DNA of 63,714 bases, filler included, from Thraustochytrium aureum (taxonomy: Eukaryota): NCBI GenBank assembly GCA_012862495.1. It is 5 parts of 3 records of this genome, joined end to end, with 100 filler letters (N's around TTAATTAATTAA, not from the genome) between each part and the next. Parts side by side here need not be neighbours in the genome. Positions count along the whole stretch, not along the records: positions 1 to 31,057 come from BLSG01000086.1; 4 more parts are not named here. One strand, 5' to 3'. Positions 1 to 11,975 of this stretch are shown piece after piece. Position numbers and translations under genes: made by a program. The notes below the pieces were generated by a model. That model was not told where the DNA came from and did no database searches. It saw only the letters and a list, made by a program, of their open reading frames with translations. Position 1 is the first letter of the stretch, and every line of letters starts with the position of its first letter.

Positions 1-60
1 TCCAGCCAGCCAGCCTGCCAGCCAGCCTGCGTGCGTGCCTGCCTGCGTGCCTGCCTGCCT
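1..60. repeat. Tetranucleotide microsatellite (CCAG/GCCT/GCGT)
   Basis: ccagccagccagcctgccagccagcctgcgtgcgtgcctgcctgcgtgcctgcctgcct read directly. Confidence 0.85.
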
Positions 61-100
61 GTGCGTTGCGCGACTCGTTCAAACCCGAGTCGCGCAGGCC

Positions 101-1633
101 ATGGCGCACGAAGGGCAGTTGCTGCGGGACGAGCAAGCGGCGGGCGACACGACGAGGACGAGGAGGCCAGCGCGATGGATTGCAGGGTGCGAGCGGTGGG
201 TTGCCTTTGTGCGGCCCGGGCTGACACGCAGGGTGGTTTTGTGGGACTGGGAGCGCGAGAAGACGCTCGAGCTCGAAACCGGCCTCGCCCCTGGCGACCA
301 TGTCAGGGCGCTGGTTGGCCTGCGCGACGAGGAGGAGCCCGGCAAGGTCGACGTTGTGCTGGTTGATGACAGTGGCGAGGCGCTCGTGTGGAGGCTCAGC
401 AGCAGCCTCGGCGCGGGGCCTGGCACCCAAGCAAGGCGGCCGTGGCGCAAGACGCCGGGCTGTGGCGCCGGCTCAAACTCGCGCGGCTCGGGGCTGACCT
501 GGGCGAGCTCGCAGACCTAGAAGAGGAGAGCGACCGCGAGGAGCTCGTCGACTGCTGCCGAGTCAGCCAGTGGTTTGCTGTCGGCATCACCTCGTCGCAA
601 GTGCTGTGGCTGAGGGACGGCGGCGTGCTGTTTGCGTTTGACGGCTGGTACGGGCCCGGGCGACGCCGCGTCGACCCCGACACTGGCGAACCGGAGCGCC
701 TCGTCAGCGTGGCAGCGAATGCGGCGCTGGTCTGCGCAGCGAGCGATTTTGGCAACTTGTACGTTCTGGACCGCAAGTCCTTCGAGTGGCGCCGCACGGT
801 ACCGCTCGGCGTGGAGGCCGCAGCTCTGCTCATGCCCCGACTAGAAGAGGCGTACGTGGCGCTCGCGACGCCAGAAGGGCAAGTCCGAGTCGTGGATCTC
901 TCCAGCACCTCCTTTGTGGAGTTCGTGGAGGAACTTGCGCCCTCGCGCGGCCAGCCGGCTCTGCGAGCGAGTTGGCCGCCAAGACGCTGGCGGTGCCCGA
1001 CGTGCGAGTCTGCCGACCCAGACGCGTGCGTCCGCGCAAGCACCAACTCACTCGCAGCCTGCCGCAACTTGGCCACGGGGCGAATTGTTGCTCGCGAGTC
1101 TCGCGCGGCCGAAGCCCGTGACGATTCTGGAGAGCTCTGCTGGTCCTGCCTTGCTGCGCATAATTGGCGACTGTGTGGTTGCGTGCGGGCGGCGCGCGGA
1201 CCGGATAGTCGGCTACATCGTCAAGCAAGCGCAGTGCTCGCGGGTGCTGCGGCTCAACCTCGACAGCGCGTGCCTCTGCTTTGACGTCGATGTGGCGCGC
1301 CGCAATAGGATCGTCGCTTCGGCGGTCTCCGGGACAATCTCGGTCTTCAAGTTTTCGAGCAAGGCATCAAGCCCCTTGCAAACCATTCACGTGCAAGGGG
1401 GCGCCGCGCCGCTCCTGGTGGCGGCGCACGGGGGCCGGATCGCGTTTGCCGGCCTGCGCGACGTGGTGGTCTTGCTCAACCACGGCAGCGGCGACGACGC
1501 GCGTGTCGATCGCACCTTTGACTCGGACGTCACCTCGATCGCTTGGGAGGGCCCTTCGCGCTTGGTTGTGAACGGGTCGCTCGTGGTCGACGTCCTGCCA
1601 GCCGCGCCACCACTGCAAGGCCTCTTGGACTAG
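101..1633 (+). CDS. Probable beta-propeller (WD40-like) protein; frameshifted, candidate intron 1002-1057
   Basis: Protein-like, beta-strand-rich segments in successive frames (VVLWDWERE; LVCAASDFGNLYVLD; IVASAVSGTISVFKF; DVTSIAWEG). GTGCGA...CTCACTCGCAG looks like an intron. Start at ATG 101 is tentative. Confidence 0.55.
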
Positions 1634-2212
1634 ATGCGAGACCGGGCCGGCCAGCCGAGGGCGTTGCGGGGCGGCGCTCCACGGCCGTTCGCCCGCGGCA
1701 TCCCTCGTGCCGGTCCAGGCCGCCACCCGTGCTCGCACCTCAACGAGCGAGCCGGCGTTGCAAGCAGCAGAGGTCGGCGCAGGCCCCGGTCTCCCGCCCA
1801 CGCAGCGCTACTTAGTCTGCTCTAGCTCTAGAGAGAACATCAGCCAGGTTGCCCGGCCTCGCGCCGCCCGCGGCGTAGGTGCTCTTCGACCGCGGCTCTT
1901 GGAGCTCCGCGCTGGCAGAGTTCAGGAGCCACATTGGCGCGTCCAAGGCCACCGTTGCCAGGCAGGCAAGCAGGCTTCCTCGAGCAGATCCTGTTTCGCT
2001 GCCGCCCGCGCGCGCCCCTGCGGCAGCCGTCGAGCAAGGCAGCAGGCGAGGTCGCGAGGGCGGAGCGGGGACCCGCTGGCGCAAGCTTGGAGCGCGCCGC
2101 GTTTGTGCTGTGGCCTGTTGGCGCGGAATCTGCAGCCGCGCAAGGAGTCGGCGCAGCCTACGCCTGAACGCGGTGTGCTGGGAGAGCGCGGGAGAGCGTA
2201 GGAGGGAGGGCG

Positions 2213-3654
2213 ATGGCGACGCAGATGGACCTCGAGCTCCAGGCGGAGATTCGAGCCATGCCCGGGAATAACAAGTGCGTGGACTGCGGCGCGAAAAACC
2301 CGCAGTGGGCCTCGGTGTCGTACGGTACACTGTTTTGCCTCGACTGTTCCGGCGTGCACCGCGGGCTGGGCGTCCACATCAGCTTTGTGCGGTCGATCAC
2401 CATGGACAGCGTAAGTTTTCTTGTGCTCCTCACTCGGCGAAGCCAGCGCCGCGCGCAAGGGTTTGGGTCGTTTTCTGGCCGGCCATCGTGCGCTGACGGC
2501 GCGCCCTTTCGGCTCGCGAGCAGTGGGCAGACAAGCAGATCAAGTCCATGCGCCTCGGCGGGAACCAAAAGATGCTCGACTGGTTCAGCGAGCACGGCGT
2601 GCCCGCTGACGCCGCCATCAAAGAAAAGTACCACACGCCAGCGGCCGAGCTGTATCGCCTGCGACTCGAAGCCGTTCGCGACGGCAAGACGCCGCCAACC
2701 GAGCTCCCCGAGAACGCGTACTCGCGCCAGGCCTCGGCGCCCGCAGCGACCCCGACCGGCGAAACGCCCATCGAGCGTGAGCTGCGCCTTCGCAAAGAGG
2801 CACAGGAACGGCTCCAACAAAAGTTTGGGTCGGGCGGTCTGCGCGGGAACGCGGTGTCCAGCCAGCCGCTCCCTGCCAATATGCACGACGACGACGTTTC
2901 GTCGGGCGGACTGCCGATCAAGATTGACACCGAGGAGCTCAAGAAGAAGGGCGGCCAGGCGCTGGAGACTCTCTCGAGTGCGTTCTCCACTTTCGGCCTC
3001 GTTGCCACGGAAAAGCTTTCTGAGGTGTCTCGCACCGCGGACTCTTCTGAGACGCTCAAGGACCTCAAGTCAAAGACGGCCGACTCTTGGTCGATGCTCT
3101 CGTCGGGGGCCTCGTCGCTCTGGAGCTCGGTGCAGTCAGACTACCTTGGCGGAGCCAATGGCAACGGCAGCGCGGGGGGCATCCCCTCCCTTCGACCGGC
3201 CGCGCCTGTAGAGGAGACCGAACAAGAGCGCGCCGAGCGCCTGGCTGCCGAGGAGCGGCTGCGCGCCAAATTCGGCGAGCAAGGCCTCAAGGGCAACGCC
3301 GTGTCGTCCCAAGCGTTTGCCTCGACCGCCGGCGGTGGCGCCCTTTCGCAAGAGCAAGAGGAGCGCGAGCGCCGCGAAGCGCAGGAGCGCCTGCGTCAAA
3401 AGTTTGGTAGTGGTGGACTCAAGGGCGTCGCGGTTTCCAGCGCCGGGGCTCCTTCTGCGCCGGGTGGCATTGGCGCGTCGGTCCCGGCTTCTGCGCCGGC
3501 CGCGCCTCGCGGCATGTCGCTCAAGGCTGCTGGTCCAGCAGGGAGCGGGCGGGCTGCGTCGCCGACCAAGGCGGGTCGCTCCGCCCAGCCCCAACCCGAG
3601 CAGCCCAAGAAGCCACCGAACCCTGAGGACTTTTTCTCCAACTTTGGGGTTTGA
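2213..3654 (+). CDS. ADP-ribosylation factor GTPase-activating protein (ArfGAP1-like); intron 2411-2523
   Basis: [45 protein letters not shown] zinc finger. GTAAGT...CAG splice restores [17 protein letters not shown]. Confidence 0.95.
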
Positions 3655-3758
3655 CGACCGGCGAGAGAGAACTTTCAAAAAAAAGAGAAGGCTTGGCTTT
3701 TCAGCACGCGCGTATGCCGGGGCGAGAGCTTGCTTGCTCGGCCCGGCCGCCTCGGCGG

Positions 3759-4043
3759 CTAGCTGGCCTTCATGGCCTCGCGGCGAGCGGCGTCCTGCAG
3801 CAGGCCAACGTCCACGTCCTCCTTCTTGAGCGAAATGTACCGCACCACGGAGCCTCGGATAAAGCAGTTGCGCAGTGATGCTAGCTGCGGGTACTTGCCG
3901 GCCTCGACTGGGGATACCGCGTTCAGCTTGACGTTGAGGTACTGGTCGACCGAGTGCAGCTGACCGCGAAGCTCGAGCCCGTTCTTCATCTCAACGACCA
4001 CCTCCTTGCCCTCCAGGGTCTTGAACACGGAATAGAACAGCAT
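3759..4043 (-). CDS. LSM2: U6 snRNA-associated Sm-like protein LSm2
   Basis: MLFYSVFKTLEGKEVVVEMKN...LHSVDQYLNVKL...NCFIRGSVVRYI...LLQDAARRE. Confidence 0.97.
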   Translation of the reverse strand: MLFYSVFKTLEGKEVVVEMKNGLELRGQLHSVDQYLNVKLNAVSPVEAGKYPQLASLRNCFIRGSVVRYISLKKEDVDVGLLQDAARREAMKAS

Positions 4044-4750
4044 CCTGAACCCCTATGCCCCTCCTCGCCTCCTGCTCCCACTCGCGCTCCGCACAGCGCG
4101 CAGCTCCTGCGGCGGGTTCGTGTCCCCGACGCGAGCGTTGTTGCTTTCAGCCCCGGTCCGCGATCGGCCGGCCTCCTGCCTGCAGCGACGAGCGCAGCAA
4201 GCGCAAGAGACCCAAAGCCCACTCCTCCGCCCGCGCGCGTCCTCTCCGGCCCCACGCCCTTCCGCCGCGCGTTCGAGCTCTGCGGCCTGCACTCGCGCGG
4301 GTCGCGCGTGGGCAAGAGCGAGGAAGCGCGTCCGCGAGCGAGCTTGGATTGTTCACTCACCCACTTGCCCATCGCCGGCCCGCGAGCGAGCGTGTCGCCC
4401 TTCTGGGACGGCAAGGCAGGCGGCCCGATGTCGATCGGCCCCGGCGCTTACGATCCGCTAGGGCTCACGAAGGCAGGTGCCTCTCGCACGCGCGCGCTGG
4501 ATGCTGGACCGGGCGGGTCCTGGTCTCAGCTTGCAGCAGGCCGACGTCAAGGGCGACACCGCGCTCGTGCACGAGAAACTGCGACGATCCATCACATGGA
4601 ACTGTGGCAACTCGTGTTGGAGCACTGTTGTAGGCTTACTTTAGCTTTGAAGAATTGGTTGCGCTGGCGATGCGAATCGCTCGGCTCCCAGGCTGGGTCC
4701 CAGCGTGTGCCCTAGCTCTGCTTGGCTTTGGGGCCACGTCGTGTTGGCGG

Positions 4751-7325
4751 TCAAAGCTTGGCTGGCGCTGCGTCCGTGCGCAAGACCCAGAGCTCGGCGA
4801 TCGGGATCGGGACGTAGCGGAAGGTCGTCTTGTGCTGAAGCTGCGGCTCAAAGGTCAAGATGAGCTGCTCAACGAGCGCTGCCTTGCGGAGCGCCGCGGC
4901 CGAGATCGCGAACTCGCGCATCTCGGTGACAGCAGGTGGCGCGAGGTAGTCGTGCAGAAGGACGCCGTTCGCGCTGAGACGGACTGGCATAGCCTCGCGG
5001 CCAAGCTCTTCCCAGTCGCCACCGTGTCGGTCCAGGTCCGCGCCCAAGTACGTGATACGCACCGAAAGTCGCGTGTCCGCAAAGACGGCGGCGTCGTTGA
5101 GGTCCACGCCAGGGAGCAAGCGCGAGAGCTGGAACTGCATCGAATACCGCGAGGTGCGCGGCCAGATGGGCTCGATGTAGCTGCGCCACGCGCGCGGGAC
5201 GAGCCCCTCGTGGACGTCGCGGATCACTTCGTCGTTGCTGCAGTCCAAGTACTCGATCAGTGGCCGGGTGAACATGATAGGATCCTCCCCGACGTCGAGT
5301 GGGCGGTGCGGCGGCAGAACGCGGTGCACCGGGATAGGGCGAGTCGGCGGATCGGCGCACCCGGGCATTTCGTTGGCTGCCTCGTCGCCGAAGCTGGCGT
5401 ACCAGAGCACGCGCTTGTTCGATTCGCCTGCCTTCTCGGCAAGAGCTGTCCGGAAGCGCGCGACCACGGCGAGCTCGCGCGCGGAGGCGGCCGCCAGTTT
5501 CTCCTCGCTCAAGAGCAGGCCCAAAATGCGATTGATAGTGACCACGTCGCCCAGCGGGGTCCAGACAAGGTCAAAGTACGCGCCGCGCTGGCGGTGCTGG
5601 CCGCCGTACCCAACCGAGAGCTGGTACCCAACCTGATGGTACAGTGTAGCAGCGAGCGCCATGAGCTGCCCGTACAGGTGCGTCACGGAGGGCGCTCCGG
5701 TGAGTTGGATCACGTTGAGCGGGTTTGGGGTCGAGGGCGAGTTGAAGCTCGACATGGTGATGGCCGGCTCGCTGTACGGCACGTCGAGCTTGGCGCAAGC
5801 AGCCGCCATGGACGCTTTGCTGCAGCCCTCCTCGACGAGCAGCGTGACTGCGCCCTCTTGCACGGTGCGCTCCTGGCAAAGCCGGNNNNNNNNNNNNNNN
5901 NNNNNNNNNNNNNNNNNNNNNNNNNNNNNNNNNNNNNNNNNNNNNNNNNNNNNNNNNNNNNNNNNNNNNNNNNNNNNNNNNNNNNNNNNNNNNNNNNNNN
6001 NNNNNNNNNNNNNNNNNNNNNNNNNNNNNNNNNNNNNNNNNNNNNNNNNNNNNNNNNNNNNATCTCGCGCGGGCNCGGGTTGATGCTCTCGCGACCGTTG
6101 GTGAGCGCAAAGCTGAGGTCCCAGGTGTTGACGGGCATCTGCGCAGTCTGGACGTGGCAGAGGTCTGGGTAGTTGCGCAGCGGAAGGACGGACGGCACCT
6201 GCGCGCGAAACTCTGAAATCGGGACCGCAGACCAAGGCCCGTACACGACTCCGTTCAGGAACGACTGGACGCGCTTGGTGCGCAGCAGCTCCATCCAACG
6301 CTCCTCCGCGACTTGCGGGACCCAGGGCTCGGTGAGCCCCAGGTCGATCGACGTGGACAGGCCGTACTGCGACGAAACCCAGACCTCGCAGTCGGGAAAG
6401 TAGTTGGTGCGCATGAACGCAGCGTGCTTCTCCACGGCGCGGAAGAATTCGTCAGCGGGGCGGCCGCCAGGGTCGCCCCCAGGGACAAAGAGAACGTCGA
6501 GGCGCGGCATGCTGCCGAAAATGAGGCTCCAGTGCGCCTCGGCTTGCTTCATGTCTTGCTCGGTTTCGTAGCTCTTGAAAAAGGCAGGGTACCACATGGA
6601 CACGGTGATGTCGAGGTCGTCGCAGAACTGCGAGACGACGCGGAGCATCTCCAGCCACGGGATGGAGAAGTTGGGGCTCTGCATGGCGTCGTCCACGCCT
6701 GGCGGGATCATCTCGACCCCGTTGGTGCCAAACAAGGCGAGCTCGAGCACCTCCTTGCGCATCATGTCGGCGTGAAGGCGTCATAGCTGTTGGTTTTGGG
6801 CCGGTAGGCGATCTGATGCTGCCGCATGCGGTACTTGGGCACCGACTCGATGTCAAGCGACGCAGGGCCGGCCACGAGCGACTCGAGCGCGCGCGCGTAC
6901 GAAATGTGAAAGTCCATTTTCATCTCGCGCAGCAGCCGCCCGACGCCAAACAGGACGCCTCGGTCGCGCGCGGCCTCGACGAAAACCTCAATTGTTGTGT
7001 CGCTCAGGTTGACGTTCGTGATCCGGTACCCTTCTGCACCGAGCGCGCCCTCCAGTTCGGGGTTCACTGACAGGCGCACGATGTTGGACTCGACTTGGCT
7101 GGAGAGCACCTCGGCTTCGTCTTCGCTGGGCGTGCCTTCTCGCGCGGCGCAGCACGATTCGAGGGCGGTGTCGTGCACGCTCCAGTCCACGCGGCTCTTC
7201 GCTTTAACTTGGTCGACGAGAACGTTCGCATAGAGCTGGAGGCGAGGCGACTTGCCGCACAAGACGACGACCGTCCTGCGCATGTCGACCATGTCGCTCG
7301 GGACCTGCAGGACCGTCTGGTCCAT
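4751..7325 (-). CDS. Uncharacterised glycoside-hydrolase-like protein (GH20/GH67-type N-terminal domain, putative TIM barrel, C-terminal beta domain); frameshift near 6765, gap 5886-6060
   Basis: AEGYRI...DRGVLFGVGRLLR N-domain; HQIAYRPKTNSYDA; LALFGTNGVEMIPP; LDVLFVPGGDPG; GVVYGPW; LRNYPDLCH; ALTNGRESINP. AAAATG start context at 7325. Confidence 0.75.
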
Positions 7326-9220
7326 TTTGCGCCAGNNNNNNNNNNNNNNNNNNNNNNNNNNNNNNNNNNNNNNNNNNNNNNNNNNNNNNNNNNNNNNNNN
7401 NNNNNNNNNNNNNNNNNNNNNNNNNNNNNNNNNNNNNNNNNNNNNNNNNNNNNNNNNNNNNNNNNNNNNNNNNNNNNNNNNNNTCCTGGCTGTCGTTCCC
7501 CACGCGGGACCGGGTCGGCAACTGCTTGCGCCTTGGACGACGTCCGACTTTCGTCGCTCCTCGGCCCGGCTTCCTTGCCGGGAGTCCGCGCCTGTCTGCC
7601 GTGCCCGCCTCGAGTCCGCCGCTTTCACGTTTTCTTGTTGGTTTCGGGTCTGCCGGGCCAGCCAGCCAGCCAGCCAGCACAGGCCGGCCGGTCCACCGAG
7701 CAAGCGATCAAGCTGGCGGCTCAGCCGGCAAGAGCAAGCAAGCAGTTCAGAAGACGTTGCACCAGCCGGCCCTCACATGTGCTGGCCAGCACTCGGCGCG
7801 GTCCCGCCTCACAACGGGCGCCAGCCAGCCAGCCAGGAGAGGAGAGCACGATGAGGCTGACGATCATCATGCAACGCGCGAGAGACAGAGACGCTGCTCG
7901 GCTCATTGGCAAGCGGCGCAGAGGCGCGAGCGGCACAGAGGCTCGAGCGCCGCAACGCATCCGGCAGTGTTGGTTGGAGGAAGCGAGCAAGGGCCAAGCA
8001 AGCGCCAGGCGAGAAAACCGCGCCACGCATGGTCAATCAAGATTCTGGGCAGAACTCCACGCCGCGAATTGAGCGGCGGTTCTCGCGCATGCACTTGGCA
8101 GCCTGCCTGCGCCCTGTCGTGCTGGCTGGCGCCCTTGGCTGGCTCAGCCAGGCTGGTTGGCTGCCTGGCTGCCTGCCTGCCTAGTTGGTATAAATCGCGC
8201 GGGGCGGCACCGAGTGCGGCCACATGGCGCCGGCCGTCGCCGCGTGCAGTTGGCGCCGGTGCCCGGGAGCCCTCCCTGGCTTGCGCGCCGACGCTGGAGG
8301 CGATGCGGTGCTCGATGCTTTTTGGGAACTCGGCCGCGACGCGTGCGATGGGGAGGAGCGCGAGCAGCCTGCTCGGCATTGTGCAATTCGAACATGTTTG
8401 CTGCAACGCGCGCGGGGCAGGCAGGGTGGGTTTGTGGCGAGCTGGTGCAGCGCAGCACGGGCGGCCTTGCTTGTAATACATGGGACGGCGCGGGCGACCA
8501 GTCGCGTGGCCGGGGCGATTACGCGCGGCGCGTTCGGAAACGTGCAACTCCGAAAAGCGGAGTTTAAAAAAAAACCATGAGCAAGAGCATGGGCACGGTG
8601 CGGGCTGCCGTGGCGACCGTTCGCCGACGCTGCAGTGCCTTTCCCCCTCCAGCGGGCCGCGCGCAGGCTGCTGCGGGAGACAGCAGCCATTTGCCGTTCG
8701 TGGCGCGAACAGCGACAAGAGCGCCGACTCGTCACGATATTCTGCCAGTGACGCAGACTTCACGAGCCGGGAAGCCGGCCTGCGGGTCACGTGGCCGTCC
8801 TGCGCATCACTCGGGAGGGCGAAAGGGTACTGTTCAAAGTGTGTGTGCCATGAGCGGGCATGCGGCGCGTCTTCGCGGAGTCCCACATCAGGATCCCGGC
8901 CAGGACCGAGTCCCCGGAGCGGCTGGCCGACTTGGCGACGATCTTCACCGCGCTGGGGACGTTGTCTCAGGGAAATGCAGCCGAGGAAGCAAGCGCCCGA
9001 CCGTGCCAAGCGCCAGGACTGCTCTGGGGGAGCGGCAGAGCGGACGCAACTCGCAAGGTCGGGGTGAACCCGCCCGCAGACCGGCTCAGCGCCGTGCCCG
9101 GTTTCGAGCCCGCCGCAAGCCCGGAAACAGGGCAGACCCCCAAGTTCGGGCAGGCAGCAAGCACGTTTGCCAGGACACGAGCTGCGCCGGGCTGTCGGGG
9201 ACCAGACGAAGGGAAGGACA

Positions 9221-10930
9221 ATGAGCGAGCTCGGTCGCAGTTCTGCTGCCGTGCTGGCTGGCCTACTGCTCGCGCGGAGCGGGGCCAGGGTCGCGCAGGC
9301 CGTCCGCAGCGTCGTCGTGGTGGGCGCCCTACTCGCCCTCAACAAGGTTTACCAGCGCGAAGGCCGAGCGGGGCTCTTGCGCGTTGTCGCCGAGACTGCG
9401 CGGTTGCTGCCAGGCGTAAATGCGGTGTTGCGCCGCGTCCTGCAGAGCGAAGTCGACGGGGCCATGAAGTCGCTCGTGGACGGCGAGAAGGGCGGCCGCT
9501 CCACCGTGTCGCGCATCGTGCCGATCCCGGAACACGGCATCCCGCGCGACCAACTGGTCCAGGAAGTCGTCGCCGACAAAGAGGCAGACGGCTCGTTCTG
9601 CCACGACGGCAAGGCATTCGCCCTCGTTTACTACAACGAGGAGGGCCGGTTCGAGGGGCACGCAGAAATGAGCTCGGAGATCTTTGATGCCGTCGCCGAC
9701 GAGGCCCCTGCCGAGCACCAAGCTCTGCTAAAGCGCGTGTTCCGCGAGCACGTCCACGGCAACGCGCTCAACCCGCTCATGTTCCCTGCGCTCCGCAAGT
9801 ACGAAACGGAAGCTATTGCTATGGTGGCCTGGATGTTGAACGGCGGCGACCGCGCTGTCGGCGCGATGACGAGTGGCGGCACAGAGAGCATCCTCATGGC
9901 AATCAAGACGTTTCGCGAGATGGCGCGGGAGCGGCGGCCGCACATCCTCGAGCCCGAAATAGTGGCGCCAATCACGATTCACCCTGCCCACGAGAAGGCG
10001 GGCCACTACTTTGGGGTGAAAATCGTCCACTGCCGGATGGACCCCGTCACGCGCCGCGCGGACGTAAGGCACCTCGCATCGCTGATCGGCCCCAACACGA
10101 TTGGAATCGCCGTTTCCGCGCCGCAGTACTGCCACTGCGTCGTAGACCCGGTGGAGGAGGTCGGCCAGATCGCGCTGCAGCACGGCCTCCCGCTGCACGT
10201 GGACGCCTGCTACGGCGGCTTTATCCTGCCGTGGATCGAGCGGCTCGGCTACGAGGTGCCGACCTGGGACTTTCGCGTTCCTGGTGTCACGAGCATCTCG
10301 GCAGACGTGCACAAGTATGGGTTTGCGCCCAAGGGCGCCTCGTTCGTGGTGTTCCGCGACGAGGAGATCCGCAAGCACATGTACTACGCTTACTCGGCCT
10401 GGCCCGGAGGGCTCTATGTGTCGCCCTCGATGGCGGGGACGCGACCGGGGGCCAACATAGCGATGGCCTGGGCCACGCTGCGGTCCATGGGCCAGGATGG
10501 CTACCTCGCCGAGGCGCGCGCGGTGATGGACTGCACAGAGGCGATGAAGCGCGGCATTCGCGCCCAGGACGGCCTTCGGCTCGTTGTGGAGACGGCCATG
10601 TCAGGCTTTGCCTTTGAGACTGTGGACGACCTGCCTATCTTTAACGTCGCGGACGAGATGGAGGAGCGCGGCTGGCGCATGGAGCGTCAGTGCAACCCGG
10701 ATTCGCTGCACTGCTCGATTATGCCGTCTCACGCGAACAAGGGGGTCGCTGACAAGTTTGTTGCGGACCTGGCGGCGTCGGTCGCCGCGGCGCGCGCGTC
10801 TCTGGGCAGCGACCAGTCGGCGGGCTCGGCTGCAATCTACGGAATGGTGGGTTCCATCCCGGACAAGTCGATCGTGGATGACTTTCTCAAGGGCCTGTTT
10901 TCCGAGATTTACAAGGTCAAGTCGGCTTGA
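9221..10930 (+). CDS. SGPL1: Sphingosine-1-phosphate lyase (PLP-dependent)
   Basis: N-terminal hydrophobic anchor; NPLMFPALRKYETE; TSGGTESILMA; LHVDACYGGF; SISADVHKYG (PLP lysine); SPSMAGTRPG; AAIYGM. Confidence 0.95.
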   Translation: MSELGRSSAAVLAGLLLARSGARVAQAVRSVVVVGALLALNKVYQREGRAGLLRVVAETARLLPGVNAVLRRVLQSEVDGAMKSLVDGEKGGRSTVSRIVPIPEHGIPRDQLVQEVVADKEADGSFCHDGKAFALVYYNEEGRFEGHAEMSSEIFDAVADEAPAEHQALLKRVFREHVHGNALNPLMFPALRKYETEAIAMVAWMLNGGDRAVGAMTSGGTESILMAIKTFREMARERRPHILEPEIVAPITIHPAHEKAGHYFGVKIVHCRMDPVTRRADVRHLASLIGPNTIGIAVSAPQYCHCVVDPVEEVGQIALQHGLPLHVDACYGGFILPWIERLGYEVPTWDFRVPGVTSISADVHKYGFAPKGASFVVFRDEEIRKHMYYAYSAWPGGLYVSPSMAGTRPGANIAMAWATLRSMGQDGYLAEARAVMDCTEAMKRGIRAQDGLRLVVETAMSGFAFETVDDLPIFNVADEMEERGWRMERQCNPDSLHCSIMPSHANKGVADKFVADLAASVAAARASLGSDQSAGSAAIYGMVGSIPDKSIVDDFLKGLFSEIYKVKSA

Positions 10931-11534
10931 GATCACGAGTCGCTCGCGCTTGGCCGAAGCCAACAGCTGTTGTGGGCGTTTTGGGCCTCGAATCTTGCTC
11001 ATTTTGATCCTCATCGGATCGGCCTGAGGGTGCAAAATTCAGATGCGCACCTGGACGCTGACCAGCGCGCATTCACAGCAATCGAGCCCTGCAAACCACC
11101 AACGAGCTGCGGAGGCAAGCGCTCCGCCGCCTTCGCCAGCAGCTCGCTAGCNNNNNNNNNNNNNNNNNNNNNNNNNNNNNNNNNNNNNNNNNNNNNNNNN
11201 NNNNNNNNNNNNNNNNNNNNNNNNNNNNNNNNNNNNNNNNNNNNNNNNNNNNNNNNNNNNNNNNNNNNNNNNNNNNNNNNNNNNNNNNNNNNNNNNNNNN
11301 NNNNNNNNNNNNNNNNNNNNNNNNNNNNNNNNNNNNNNNNNNNNNNNNNNNNNNNNNNNNNNNNNNNNNNNNNNNNNNNNNNNNNNNNNNNNNNNNNNNN
11401 NNNNNNNNNNNNNNNNNNNNNNNNNNNNNNNNNNNNNNNNNNNNNNNNNNNNNNNNNNNNNNNNNNNNNNNNNNNNNNNNNNNNNNNNNNNNNNNNNNNN
11501 NNNNNNNNNNNNNNNNNNNNNNNNNNNNNNNNNN

Positions 11535-11975
11535 GTGGACATGTCGCGCGCCGTCATCACCTGCCCCAAGAGCGCCGCGAGGCTGCCGCTCTTCGCCAAG
11601 CTGCTGCAGAGCGAGGTGGCCAAGCGGTCGGGAGTGGCCTGGGGCATCTGCGAAGCGACCGAGGACTTGAGCACGGCTGACTGCAGCGTCGTGTCGCTTC
11701 AGGTCGACCCCGACCACGTGGACGGCGACGGTTACGTCATCGAAGCGCTGCCGTGGGGGCCGCACCTCCATGTGCGCGTGACGGGGTCTTCCGAGCACGC
11801 CGTACTTCCCGCCTTGTACCGCCTGTTGCGCGAGCTGCGGGTGCGGCGCCAGTTTGGCGGCGTCGGCCAGGTTTGCTGCTCCAACTCGGGCTTGCGTATC
11901 GTTTCGAGCCAGCCCACGGCCTTCGAAACGTTTCGGTCTCTCGCGCCGAAGCCACGAAGGTCCCTTGTGCTCTAG
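11535..11975 (+). CDS. GH20/GH67-N-like domain, paralog of the N-terminus of 4751-7325; 5' end lies in a gap
   Basis: DMSRAVITCPKSAARLPLFAKLLQSEVAKRSGVAW...DGYVI...VTGSSEHAVLPALYRLLREL aligns by eye with DMRRTVVVLCGKSPRLQLYANVLVDQVKAKSRVDW...EGYRI...VEAARDRGVLFGVGRLLREM. Confidence 0.65.
   Translation: MDMSRAVITCPKSAARLPLFAKLLQSEVAKRSGVAWGICEATEDLSTADCSVVSLQVDPDHVDGDGYVIEALPWGPHLHVRVTGSSEHAVLPALYRLLRELRVRRQFGGVGQVCCSNSGLRIVSSQPTAFETFRSLAPKPRRSLVL

Noticed and set aside
4655..6172. 505-aa plus-strand ORF and similar long antisense ORFs elsewhere
   Set aside because: Antisense shadows of real genes, caused by GC-rich codon usage.
7483..9220. Long overlapping ORFs in the divergent intergenic region
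   Set aside because: Arg/Ala/Pro-rich GC shadow ORFs with no motifs. A TATAAAT near 8189 is too weak to call a promoter.
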